From Nanoarchaeum equitans Kin4-M (GTDB taxonomy: Archaea; Nanobdellota; Nanobdellia; Nanobdellales; Nanoarchaeaceae), in NCBI GenBank assembly GCA_000008085.1, contig AE017199.1, positions 360,001 to 392,000 of the forward strand: 32,000 nucleotides of DNA. Reading direction: 5' to 3'. The notes under the pieces are model-generated. The model saw only the letters and a program-made list of their open reading frames with translations, had not been told where the DNA came from and ran no database searches. Positions 9,440 to 18,493 of this stretch are shown here, piece after piece. Position numbers and translations under genes: made by a program. Positions within the stretch are counted from its first letter, which is position 1, and every line of letters begins with the position of its first letter.

Positions 9440-9965
9440 CCTTCTTAAAATTTTTAACTAAATATTCAGCCAAATTTTTATCCAATATTGCAATATCTCC
9501 TTTTTCGAAAGGCCCATAGAAGTTACCATCCTCCCAATAGAATTTCTCTATATTAGTATCTATATAGATTATTTCGGGCATCTCTATTTGTTCTGCTTTT
9601 TCTCCATTTAGTATCATGGTTATTGTTTTCCAATATTTGCTTAATACTTCGTATAATTCGTTATACAAAAGTTTTTCTTCAGGTAATCCATTAATCTCTA
9701 CTTTTGTTTCTGTTATTACTGAAGATAAAGCAGTTTCTATTATTTTTTTGATTCTTTTCACGAAAAGTTTTTGCGCTAAAGATCTTATTTCTCCATATTT
9801 TTTGGATAAAGCCTGTTGGGTTTCAAAATCAACTTTAGACATGTCCTCTTTTATAGTTTTAATCGTTGAGACTAAATCGTATAAAAAATTTTGATCTAAT
9901 TCGATTAGCTTTTTGCTTTTACTTTCCTGTTCTAAATATTCTTTTAGTTCTCTAATGGAGACCAT
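9426..9965 (-). CDS. GINS complex subunit, GINS51/Gins15-like
   Basis: 179 aa; N-terminal helical part ending in VKRIKKIIETAL, plus a C-terminal small beta domain (YIDTNIEKFYWEDGNFYGPFEKGDIAILDKNLAEYLVKNFKKV) typical of GINS51. Adjacent to DP2. Confidence 0.7.
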   Translation of the reverse strand: MVSIRELKEYLEQESKSKKLIELDQNFLYDLVSTIKTIKEDMSKVDFETQQALSKKYGEIRSLAQKLFVKRIKKIIETALSSVITETKVEINGLPEEKLLYNELYEVLSKYWKTITMILNGEKAEQIEMPEIIYIDTNIEKFYWEDGNFYGPFEKGDIAILDKNLAEYLVKNFKKVSYL

Positions 9966-9996
9966 CCATTTTTAAATGCCTTAGAGTTTAAATAAA
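9966..9996. promoter_or_regulatory. Compact divergent promoter region, both directions likely leaderless
   Basis: 31-nt gap between divergent start codons. TTTTTAAA (9969-9976) lies about 24 nt upstream of the + strand ATG at 9997. The minus-strand ATTTAAAC (9993-9986) lies about 24 nt upstream of the minus ATG at 9965. Confidence 0.55.
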
Positions 9997-10215
9997 ATGA
10001 AAGTAGGAAAAGATATAATTTTATTAGTTCTAGCGGGGGTATCTTTAATTATAGTAGGAAGCTATATGCTAATGCAAAACCAACCAAATGAAAAGACCAA
10101 TAATGTAACTAATGTTAATAATACTAATAACAATAATACTACCAATACCAATAATGTTGATGAAGTTAATGCTACTCTAAAAGCTCTAGAAGAATTATTA
10201 AATGAAAGTCCTTAA
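9997..10215 (+). CDS. Small membrane-anchored protein with Asn/Thr-rich linker
   Basis: 72 aa: N-terminal TM (ILLVLAGVSLIIVGSYML), low-complexity NNVTNVNNTNNNNTTNTNN, short C-terminal helix; overlaps the ABC ATPase ORF start. Confidence 0.65.
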   Translation: MKVGKDIILLVLAGVSLIIVGSYMLMQNQPNEKTNNVTNVNNTNNNNTTNTNNVDEVNATLKALEELLNESP

Positions 10216-10894
10216 ATTAGAAGGAATTAGAAAATCCTATAATGATTTGGTAGTTTTGGATAATATAAATTTAGATATAGATGAAGGAGAGTTCGTTTCT
10301 ATAATGGGGCCGAGTGGTTCTGGAAAAACCACGCTATTAAATATAATGGGTTTGTTAGATAAACCGGATAAAGGCAAAATAATAATAAAAAACAAAGATG
10401 TTACTAATATTTATGATGATAATATTTTGTCCTACATTAGAGGGAAAGAAATAGGTTTTGTTTTTCAACATAGCTATTTAATACCTGTATTAACAGCTTT
10501 GGAAAATGTTTTGTTACCATCAATATTTATTGGGAGTCCAAATAAAGATAGAGCTAAAAAGTTATTGGATTTGGTAGGCCTAAAAGGTTATTATAATCAT
10601 TATCCCAACCAACTTAGCGGAGGACAACAACAAAGAGTGGCAATAGCGAGAGCTTTAATGAATAACCCATCAATTATTTTAGCTGACGAGCCCACAGCGA
10701 GCTTAGATGTAAAAACAGCAAAAACTATTGTCAACCTATTCAAAGAACTAAACGATAAAGGCCATACTATAGTTATGGTAACCCATGATCCAAATATAGC
10801 GAAATACTCGAAAAGAATTGTTGTATTGTATGGAGGAAAAATATTATCGGACAATGCCTCTTTAGAGGAAGCGTTGAAATTGATTGAACAATGA
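10202..10894 (+). CDS. ABC transporter ATP-binding protein, LolD/MacB-type
   Basis: Walker A GPSGSGKTTLLN, signature LSGGQQQRVAIARAL, Walker B IILADEPTASLD. Confidence 0.95.
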   Translation: MKVLKLEGIRKSYNDLVVLDNINLDIDEGEFVSIMGPSGSGKTTLLNIMGLLDKPDKGKIIIKNKDVTNIYDDNILSYIRGKEIGFVFQHSYLIPVLTALENVLLPSIFIGSPNKDRAKKLLDLVGLKGYYNHYPNQLSGGQQQRVAIARALMNNPSIILADEPTASLDVKTAKTIVNLFKELNDKGHTIVMVTHDPNIAKYSKRIVVLYGGKILSDNASLEEALKLIEQ

Positions 10895-11544
10895 TATACT
10901 TAATTGGTTTGGGCATAAGAAAGGGCGATATATCATATAGAGCAATAGAATTGTTAAAAAATTTGGATAAAATATATTTAGATAGCTATACCGTTTACAT
11001 AAATAGCTATTACAAAGATTACATAAAATGGTTAGAGAACATTATTGACAAAAAAATAATTTTTGCCGATAGGGCTTTGGTTGAAGAGCAATTAGAAGAA
11101 ATTGCTAAAAAAGAAGATGTTGCTTTATTAACGATTGGGGATCCCTTGTTCGCCACTACTCATATATATCAATTCAAAGATTTAATAAAAGATATAATAC
11201 ATGCGCCTTCAGTTTTGAATTATATATATAATTTGGGCCTAAGCCCATATAGGTTTGGTAGAATAATATCTATTCCCCACCCATCTAAAGGGTTATACGA
11301 CATAGAAAGTAAAATAGAGGTAAATTTAAAAAATGATTTACATACTTTAATTTTGTTAGATACAGATCCCGTTTTAGATTACAAAACTGCAATAAAAGTA
11401 TATAATTTAGACAAATATTGCACTATAGCAGTATCTATTGGGGAAAAAATAGTCTATGGCAAAGAAATAGATGCGCCTCCCCCACATGCTTTAATAATAC
11501 CCGCAAAACTTATGCATTATGAAAAAGATTTCATCCAATGTTGA
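10891..11544 (+). CDS. dph5: Diphthine synthase
   Basis: MIYLIGLGIRKGDISYRAIELL...TIGDPLFATTH...ALIIPAKLMHYEKDFI, SAM-dependent Dph5/DphB family. Confidence 0.9.
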   Translation: MIYLIGLGIRKGDISYRAIELLKNLDKIYLDSYTVYINSYYKDYIKWLENIIDKKIIFADRALVEEQLEEIAKKEDVALLTIGDPLFATTHIYQFKDLIKDIIHAPSVLNYIYNLGLSPYRFGRIISIPHPSKGLYDIESKIEVNLKNDLHTLILLDTDPVLDYKTAIKVYNLDKYCTIAVSIGEKIVYGKEIDAPPPHALIIPAKLMHYEKDFIQC

Positions 11545-11896
11545 GAGAGAAATACAATCTTTAATATGGGAAAAGGGTTTTGCTTGCTTAAGGATAGCAG
11601 GCTCTGGCTCCTCTCGATATCCAGCGGCAGATTTAATAGCCAAAATAAAGGACTTATATATTATAGAGGTAAAATATACTCACAAAGATTATGTTTATAT
11701 AAAAGATGAGCAATTAGAGCAAATTGAATTGCTATGCAAAAAATTTGAAGCTAAACCTTTAATAGTGATAAAGTTTTCCCGAAAAGGAATCTATTGTACT
11801 ACGAATTTGCGAAATAAATATACTATAAATGATGGAGATTTAGTTAATTTTAAAGAATGGCTATCTGCAGCGCCTGGTTTCTTCACTAATCAGTAA
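11519..11896 (+). CDS. hjc: Holliday junction resolvase Hjc
   Basis: RIAGSGSSRYPAADLIAKIKDLYIIEVKYT...QLEQIELLCKKF; archaeal Hjc nuclease motifs. Confidence 0.9.
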   Translation: MKKISSNVEREIQSLIWEKGFACLRIAGSGSSRYPAADLIAKIKDLYIIEVKYTHKDYVYIKDEQLEQIELLCKKFEAKPLIVIKFSRKGIYCTTNLRNKYTINDGDLVNFKEWLSAAPGFFTNQ

Positions 11897-13187
11897 TCGG
11901 CAAACTCTTCATTGCTTTAATTTCTATACCCCTCTTTTTTAAAGCTTTCTTTAAGGTTAAAGCTAAAGTACCCTCTTTACAATAGATGCAATCTCCTTTC
12001 TTAGTTCTAATAAATTTCCAAATAGATATGGGGTTTTCGCAATAATCTAATTCCTCTTCATAACTTTTTATAGGCAAATTAGTTTTCGCTTCTTTTATTA
12101 AGCTATCTATATTTATGTCAATTTTGTCCAACCATTTTTTTATTATCTCTTCTTTAGGTTCTATAACAGTTTTCCTACCTAATGCACACATCTCTTTAAC
12201 TTTAATAACATAATCATATAAGCCCAATTCTCTTATATACTCTATTACTTCTTCTTTGTCTAATCCCGCTATAGGTCTAAATACACTTATGCTATCTAAG
12301 GTTAAGCTATCAATAGTTTCTAAGCTTTTTAGGGTTTGAGTACTTTTTTGCCCAATAGATTCCCCAATAAAGATAGATTTTAAACCTAATTTTTTTGCCA
12401 AAGCTTTAGCAGTCTTATGCATTATTATCTTAAGTAAGATTTGCCTGTATTTTTCTTCCACATTCATTAATAATTGGTAATAAACTTCGCTAAATGGTAT
12501 AGAAATAAAAATCGAATCTGGGGAGAATTCTTTTATTTTTTCATAAACTTCATATACAGTTTTTTCTATAAAATCGTCGAAAGGGTTAAAATAAACTATT
12601 ATTGGTATAACCCCCCTTTTGATAGCAAATATAGCTGTTAAAGTGGAATCAAACCCCCCAGAAAATAAAGACAAAGCTTTGCCTTCACTACCATAGGGCA
12701 AACCTCCTAGACCTTTTTCTTCCGAATAATAAATATAAACTTTATCTCTTATGTTTATTCTTATTATATTGTCAGGATTTTTTAGATTAACTTTTTTATC
12801 ACTATTTTTTTCTATATAAGAACCGACAATTTTGGCTATCTCTAAACTATTGTAAGGAAAATTCTTATCTGCTCTAATAACTTTTATTTTGAAAGTTTTT
12901 CTTGGTAGCCTTTTAGCCAATTCCAAAGCATATTTTTTTATTGATTCTAAATCTTTTTCTACTTCTAATGCAGGGTATATTTTATTTATTCCAGGAACGA
13001 GCTTTAGTTTTCTTATTATTTCTCCTACATCTCCTTTGAATATAAATAAACCCCTATCTATTTTTAACACATCGTAGGGAACTTTCCTTTTTATATCTTT
13101 AATTAATAGTTTAAGCAAACCTTTTTTGCTTCTTTCCCCTTTTAAGAATATTTCTCCCCAACTAGCTAGTACAGCATTATAGAACAT
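11886..13187 (-). CDS. thiI: ThiI-like tRNA 4-thiouridine synthetase
   Basis: THUMP region, PP-loop LFSGGFDSTLTAIFA, C-terminal CIYCKEGTLALTLKKALKKRG. Confidence 0.85.
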   Translation of the reverse strand: MFYNAVLASWGEIFLKGERSKKGLLKLLIKDIKRKVPYDVLKIDRGLFIFKGDVGEIIRKLKLVPGINKIYPALEVEKDLESIKKYALELAKRLPRKTFKIKVIRADKNFPYNSLEIAKIVGSYIEKNSDKKVNLKNPDNIIRINIRDKVYIYYSEEKGLGGLPYGSEGKALSLFSGGFDSTLTAIFAIKRGVIPIIVYFNPFDDFIEKTVYEVYEKIKEFSPDSIFISIPFSEVYYQLLMNVEEKYRQILLKIIMHKTAKALAKKLGLKSIFIGESIGQKSTQTLKSLETIDSLTLDSISVFRPIAGLDKEEVIEYIRELGLYDYVIKVKEMCALGRKTVIEPKEEIIKKWLDKIDINIDSLIKEAKTNLPIKSYEEELDYCENPISIWKFIRTKKGDCIYCKEGTLALTLKKALKKRGIEIKAMKSLPITD

Positions 13188-15321
13188 CTTTTTTATTTTT
13201 CATCTTCTTTAAAGTTTGCTCGTACATTTTTAGGTTTCCATCGATATAATGCTTTCTAAACAATTCATTTGCTATTACTACTTCTTTGCCTTCTAAAATA
13301 TTATATTTAACTAGCAAAGATAATTGCCATTCTTTAGCTTTTAAATAAGACAATAGCGAGACAAAATCTTTGAAATGTCTTACTCTTTTTATTATCTCTC
13401 TTAAGGTATAACTATTGGACAAATCGTTTATTATTGTTTTGTCGCTTTTAGAATCGTATATTGCCAAATCTATAAAGGCATTTTCTTCCAATGGGTCTTT
13501 CTCCCAATATTTGGTTAATTCTGTAATTTGTACTAGTTTTCTTTTAAGTTTAAGCCCATCAATTATTTTGTTTAACATAACAATTATATCTACTGCTTTA
13601 AATGATGTTTTAGGCACTCCTAAATCATTAACAACTCTATCATACAAACCATAAGGGGTTTCAGCATGGATTGTGCCTAAAACGCTATGGGCCAAAGCTC
13701 CAACCCTCATCGCTTCAAACAAAGCTATTGCTTCCTTAGATCTAACTTCTCCCAAAACTAATGCTGAATCGCCCAATCTAAGGGAAGCCCTAATTCCATA
13801 CTCTGCTGGCAATTCTTTTGATTCTATAGATAATGGAGATTTTACTTTTAGAGATAATACATTATAACCTATTCTTTGCAAATATTCTGTTGGTATCTCT
13901 AATACATCTTCTATTGTTATTATTCTAGTACTTAATGGTATTTCCAATAACAAAGCCGTTAATAGAGAGGTTTTGCCTGCCCCTCTTGGGCCAGCAATTA
14001 ATATGGTTCTACCAAATTCTACAAAAAAACTTAATAGGGCTGCAGATTGGTAATCCAGCATTTCATATTTTATTAATAATGGCAAAGTCCATGGTTTATC
14101 TCTATGCCTTCTAATGGAAAACCCATAGCCATATGGAGATAAAGGTTTTGTTACTGCCGCAACCCTAATTCTATTGTTTTTTATTTTTAACTCTGTATCT
14201 AATATTGGGTTTGCTTCATCCAATGGTCTGCCTGAATAAAGTTTTAGCCTTGTAACTAATATTTCTGCTTCTATAGGAGTTAGTTTTATGTTGGATTCCA
14301 AATAACCATACTCTGTATGGTAGACAAATATAGGGTTTTCCCCCGTTGGAGGGTTAATAGATATGTCCTCAATATTTTTATCCTCTAAAATTGTTTCAAT
14401 AATCCCTAAGCCTGCAGTGTACTTTAATAGTATAGAGGAGAGTTTTTCCAATTTATCTTTAGTTAGGTTTATCCTATAATATTGGGCTAGCCTAATTAAG
14501 GTATCTTTTCCTAATTGGTAAAAAACATCTCTTAAATTTGATGGTTCTATTAAATTGGACTGCAACGGATTATAGCGAGACAATTGGTATCTAGCTTTGG
14601 AAAGCAAATCATACTCTTCGGGAGACAAAGAAAACTCTATAGGGATCAAATGGTATTTCAATTTAATACCGGTATCAACAATATATATGTTTGCTTCATT
14701 AGTTTTATAAAAATCTATAATTTTTGATTTAGACGGGATTTGGGTTATTAGCTTAACATACATAAAGCTTGGCTTAATTAATGGGTAAAACAATTCCCTA
14801 TATATAGTTCTATCCCCTATTTGGTATCCAATAAGTTTGTCCTTTACTAAAGAAATCATTTTTGTATTGTCTAAAGATTTAATGGCTTTTTTGACTATAG
14901 ATAATAGGTTAACCAATTCTTTACTATTAGTTTTTTCGATCTCTATTTCTATTTTTTTCTCTAACCTTTTCAAAGAAACATAAGAGCTTATTGGATCTCT
15001 AGGTAACAATGTTATTATAGTATGGTATTGTTCAAAATATTTATCTATATATGGTATACCCGTGGGCCTTGGTATAAACATATACAAATCACTATATATT
15101 TGGGCGATCTCTTTTAACAACGCTAATTGGTTATAATCATATTCGTAACTATCACCTTGTTCAAATATTATCGAATAAACATCGGGAATTTGCGTTAATA
15201 GCTTTATAGTAAAATCCATTATATTGGGGTTGTCTTCTATTAATGGTATGTCATTATAATTGTTGGCATCAACAATTACTATTTTTTTATCCTCTGTTTC
15301 CTCTATTTTATATGGTAACAC
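13177..15321 (-). CDS. Type II/IV secretion system ATPase (GspE/VirB11/archaeal pilus type)
   Basis: 714 aa; DISINPPTGENPIFVYHTEYG, Walker A GPRGAGKTSLLTALL, IITIEDVLEIP, RLGDSALVLGEVRSKEAIALFEAMRVGALAHSVLGTIHAETP. Confidence 0.93.
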   Translation of the reverse strand: MLPYKIEETEDKKIVIVDANNYNDIPLIEDNPNIMDFTIKLLTQIPDVYSIIFEQGDSYEYDYNQLALLKEIAQIYSDLYMFIPRPTGIPYIDKYFEQYHTIITLLPRDPISSYVSLKRLEKKIEIEIEKTNSKELVNLLSIVKKAIKSLDNTKMISLVKDKLIGYQIGDRTIYRELFYPLIKPSFMYVKLITQIPSKSKIIDFYKTNEANIYIVDTGIKLKYHLIPIEFSLSPEEYDLLSKARYQLSRYNPLQSNLIEPSNLRDVFYQLGKDTLIRLAQYYRINLTKDKLEKLSSILLKYTAGLGIIETILEDKNIEDISINPPTGENPIFVYHTEYGYLESNIKLTPIEAEILVTRLKLYSGRPLDEANPILDTELKIKNNRIRVAAVTKPLSPYGYGFSIRRHRDKPWTLPLLIKYEMLDYQSAALLSFFVEFGRTILIAGPRGAGKTSLLTALLLEIPLSTRIITIEDVLEIPTEYLQRIGYNVLSLKVKSPLSIESKELPAEYGIRASLRLGDSALVLGEVRSKEAIALFEAMRVGALAHSVLGTIHAETPYGLYDRVVNDLGVPKTSFKAVDIIVMLNKIIDGLKLKRKLVQITELTKYWEKDPLEENAFIDLAIYDSKSDKTIINDLSNSYTLREIIKRVRHFKDFVSLLSYLKAKEWQLSLLVKYNILEGKEVVIANELFRKHYIDGNLKMYEQTLKKMKNKKDVL

Positions 15322-15352
15322 TATAACTTTTCAATAACAAAAAATAAAAATT

Positions 15353-15401
15353 TCAGTTTGTAACTCTCTCGTCATTACTCAGCACGCCAAGAATTCATCA
15401 C
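15353..15401 (-). ncRNA. C/D-box guide sRNA (sRNA-4), C box overlapping the radA stop codon
   Basis: Minus strand: C GTGATGA (15401-15395), 12-nt guide ATTCTTGGCGTG, D' CTGA (15382-15379), spacer GTAA, C' TGACGA (15374-15369), 12-nt guide GAGAGTTACAAA, D CTGA (15356-15353). Confidence 0.85.
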
Positions 15402-16375
15402 TCTGGGTCTCTTATACCTTCTTCAGTAATAACGAATGTTGTTTCTCTCTCTGGTAAGTGGGGCGAATCTACTAATCTGGCAATTCTTATACCTTTTTTA
15501 CCCTTTCTTAAGAATACTCTATAGGTTGATGCATGTGCTAATACATGCCCTCCAACGGCTTGTACTGAATCTAGGCCTGGAATAAAAGAATCTGGTTTAG
15601 CCATTACTTGGTTTGTTACATATATTGCCACATTATATAATTCGGCTATCCTTAATAAATCATGTACATGCCTTCCTAATTTGTGTTGCCTTTCTGCTAG
15701 CTGTCCTCTTCCTGTATATTCAGCTCTAAACAAAGCTGTTAAAGAATCTACTACAATTAATTTTATTGGTTCTCCTTTTCTTATTAGCTCTTCTGCTTTT
15801 CTCGCAGCAAGCATTTGGTGGTCTGTGTTAAATACTTTCATATGATACACATTTTTTAAAGCTTTCTTTGGATCTAAATCTAATGCTTCGGCCATCTGTT
15901 TTATTCTTTCTGGCCTAAATGTACCTTCTGTATCTATATATACGGCTTTCCCTTCTAATCCTCCTTGTTCTGGGGGTAATTGCACATCAACGGCTAATTG
16001 GTGGCCTACTTGTGTTTTACCAGAACCATATTCTCCATAAAACTCTGTTAATGCTGCGGTTTCTATACCTCCCCCCAATAGGGAATCTAAGTTTTTGGAC
16101 ATAGTCGTTATTCTAGCAGTTTTTTGCCTTTCCTCTAATACCTCTTCTGCTGTTTTAAATTCCAATAATCCTAATCTCTCCATCGCAGCTTCAATAATTT
16201 TTCTGGCTGTAGCTTCCCCAATATCTGCAGCTTCCATTAGTTCTTCTACACTCGCGGAAGCAATTTTTATTAATGAATCGTAACCAGCACTAATTAGTTT
16301 TTCAGCAGTTTTTGGGCCTACCCCAGGTAAAGATCTAATATCATCCTTAGACATAGGATTAGCTAAAAATAACAA
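15398..16375 (-). CDS. radA: DNA repair and recombination protein RadA
   Basis: 325 aa; Hh[21 protein letters not shown], Walker [55 protein letters not shown]. The true start may be the internal M of MSKDDI. Confidence 0.97.
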
Positions 16376-16396
16376 ATTAAAAAGGTTGTAATAAAT

Positions 16397-17521
16397 TTAT
16401 TTGCCTAATTTTTTCTTTAGTTCTTCGAACTTCTTTTCGTCAAAAACTAATTTAATTCTACCTGTTCCCATGGGGGCGGGTTGGTTAATTAGGACATTTA
16501 CTATTACAGCCCTTAGATCATCTTTTTCTCCTAGCAAAGCAGCATCTGCCAGGTTTTTGAATGGTACTTCGAATGTAGCTCTCTCTAGTGGGGATGGTTT
16601 CCTCTCCATTAGCCCATGCCTGGTAAATCCCAATACTTCTCCATAGTATGTCATTACATCAGCAATTAATAACAGATATCTAACATCTATTTCTAAACCT
16701 TGTTCTTCCAATACTTTTTGTATTTCCTCTATTATTGCTTCTCTAGCCGCATCTATTCCTAAAACTTTTGCAATTTCGTGTATATCATTAGTAGTAGTAC
16801 GGGTTTTGTCTATACCTTTCATTTTTAATACCTCTTTTAAATTGGAACCGAAGGTTTTTATTACTAATTCATCATTTTCCCTAGTAATCATTGCGTATTT
16901 GATACCTTTAACCCCTTTTATATGTAAATCTTTTATTTTGTTTTTTAACAGATACAACTCTTTGGGCCTTTTGTTTCCTGCCTCTATAGTAATAGTATTA
17001 TTTTCAATTTTGGCTTTAAGCTTTGCAGATTTGAACGCTTTTTCTAAATCTTTTTTTGTTATGTCTTTTTCTTTAACTAATTGTTGATCTAATTCTATTA
17101 TAATTCTTTTGTTAATAACATCGATCGATATTGATTTAGCAATATCCGATAGCTTTACTTCAATTAGTTTGTTTACTAACTCTTCTGCTAATTTTTCATC
17201 ATTTTTTTCTAAATATATGGTCATTGAAGGTATAGTAGGTTTTTTCTTCGCATTTAATATTTCTATCAACCTGGGTAAACCTGTAACCAATTGTAATTCT
17301 GATACCCCCGCAAAATGGAAAGCGTTTAATAGCATCTGAGTTGCAGGTTCTCCAAAGGATTGTGCAGTAATTATTCCAATGGGCTCTTGAGGATCAATTA
17401 GAGAATTCAAATATTTCTCTTCTAACTTTTTTAACAGTTGTTCCTTCTTTTTTCCCCTAATTTTATATTTTTTTGCCATCTCTTCAAATTCCTGCAAAAT
17501 TTTCTCTGGCAATAGGGACAC
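16397..17521 (-). CDS. rpoA2: DNA-directed RNA polymerase subunit A''
   Basis: GIITAQSFGEPATQMLLNAFHFAGVSELQLVTGLPRLIEILNAKKKPTIPSM; DVRYLLLIADVMTYYGEVLGFTRHGLM...PLERATFEVPFKNLADAAL. GTG start. Confidence 0.96.
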   Translation of the reverse strand: MSLLPEKILQEFEEMAKKYKIRGKKKEQLLKKLEEKYLNSLIDPQEPIGIITAQSFGEPATQMLLNAFHFAGVSELQLVTGLPRLIEILNAKKKPTIPSMTIYLEKNDEKLAEELVNKLIEVKLSDIAKSISIDVINKRIIIELDQQLVKEKDITKKDLEKAFKSAKLKAKIENNTITIEAGNKRPKELYLLKNKIKDLHIKGVKGIKYAMITRENDELVIKTFGSNLKEVLKMKGIDKTRTTTNDIHEIAKVLGIDAAREAIIEEIQKVLEEQGLEIDVRYLLLIADVMTYYGEVLGFTRHGLMERKPSPLERATFEVPFKNLADAALLGEKDDLRAVIVNVLINQPAPMGTGRIKLVFDEKKFEELKKKLGK

Positions 17522-17567
17522 ACGGGTTTACAAATATAACTTTTAAATATTTTGTTATGGTAGCCTA
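17522..17567. promoter_or_regulatory. Divergent intergenic region with one central palindromic TATA-like element
   Basis: TTTTAAAT at 17541-17548 lies about 20 nt from both the rpoA2 start (17521, minus) and the rpl39e start (17568, plus). Confidence 0.5.
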
Positions 17568-17744
17568 ATGGGAAAAGCAAAACCATTAAATAGGAAAATT
17601 AGATTACTAAAAGAAAACAGACATACTAAATATGCCCCAATCTGGGCAGTAATAAAGAGGTATGGAAGGTTTAGCCCATTATTGAGAATGTTAATGACTA
17701 GAAAGAAGAGACATTGGAGGAGAGATTCAACTTGGATACACTAA
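17568..17744 (+). CDS. rpl39e: Ribosomal protein L39e (eL39)
   Basis: Own translation, not in the ORF track: MGKAKPLNRKIRLLKENRHTKYAPIWAVIKRYGRFSPLLRMLMTRKKRHWRRDSTWIH (58 aa). Matches the eL39 pattern K.L..K.RL.K......P.W...K......RRHWRR. Confidence 0.9.
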   Translation: MGKAKPLNRKIRLLKENRHTKYAPIWAVIKRYGRFSPLLRMLMTRKKRHWRRDSTWIH

Positions 17745-18041
17745 ACTTTTTCTAGCGATTAAAATTTTTCTTCCTCTTATATCGATTATTACACCGCTTT
17801 TCAATTTTTCTTGCAGTTGTTTTGCTATGTTAAATCTATCTTCCATTCTTAATATGTTTTTGTTTATAGTTACTTTTACTACTTCTCTAACCTTTAATTG
17901 GTTCTCTATTTGCTCTATAACTTTATCGATTCCGGATTTTCCAATGTTTATTGTAGGCTTAATATCATAATATTGGCTCCTTAGCTTTCTAAGAATTTTC
18001 CCTTTTGGTTTATTCTTCAAAACCTTCGTTAGCCCCACCAT
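17727..18041 (-). CDS. YhbY/CRS1-type (CRM domain) RNA-binding protein
   Basis: KILRKLRSQYYDIKPTINIGKSGIDKVIEQIENQLKVREVVKVTI...DIRGRKILIARK. Convergent overlap with the 3' end of rpl39e. Confidence 0.78.
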   Translation of the reverse strand: MVGLTKVLKNKPKGKILRKLRSQYYDIKPTINIGKSGIDKVIEQIENQLKVREVVKVTINKNILRMEDRFNIAKQLQEKLKSGVIIDIRGRKILIARKSLVYPS

Positions 18042-18465
18042 ATACGGATTCTTTTGCTTTTATATATTGCCTTACCGCATTATCAAATTCATCAAAATTA
18101 TCGGTAACTTCTAATAGCTCTCTCCCTATATATTGGGCATCCTCGATAACAGAATTAAATACGAAATTAGTATGATCTACTGCTTTTTTGTAAAAGGTTA
18201 AATAATCCCTAACCATTTCCTCAATAGTTTCATAATCTTTTTCATCTAGCTGTTTTCTGAATTTCTCTACTACTTCTTCATAATAAGAGCGAGCATCCTC
18301 TCTTTTTGTTTCATCCACCTTTACAAACCTATCGAATACTTCATTTTTCTCAACACTTTTTAACCTTTCTCTTATTACTTCTTTCATGGACTTTTTCCCA
18401 AACATGTTATTATATTTGTTACTTTTATAAATAGCCTTATAACTATTAGTTAATAGTAAAGACAT
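18010..18465 (-). CDS. Hypothetical acidic helical protein
   Basis: 151-aa ORF, strongly charged; the real start is probably the internal M of MFGKKSMKEVI. Confidence 0.5.
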   Translation of the reverse strand: MSLLLTNSYKAIYKSNKYNNMFGKKSMKEVIRERLKSVEKNEVFDRFVKVDETKREDARSYYEEVVEKFRKQLDEKDYETIEEMVRDYLTFYKKAVDHTNFVFNSVIEDAQYIGRELLEVTDNFDEFDNAVRQYIKAKESVYGGANEGFEE

Positions 18466-18493
18466 ATTTAATTAACCAATTCTTATAACCTTA

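Noticed and set aside
16397-17521. Unusual gene splitting of the RNA polymerase A subunit
   Set aside because: A separate A'' subunit is normal for archaea and not specific to this genome.
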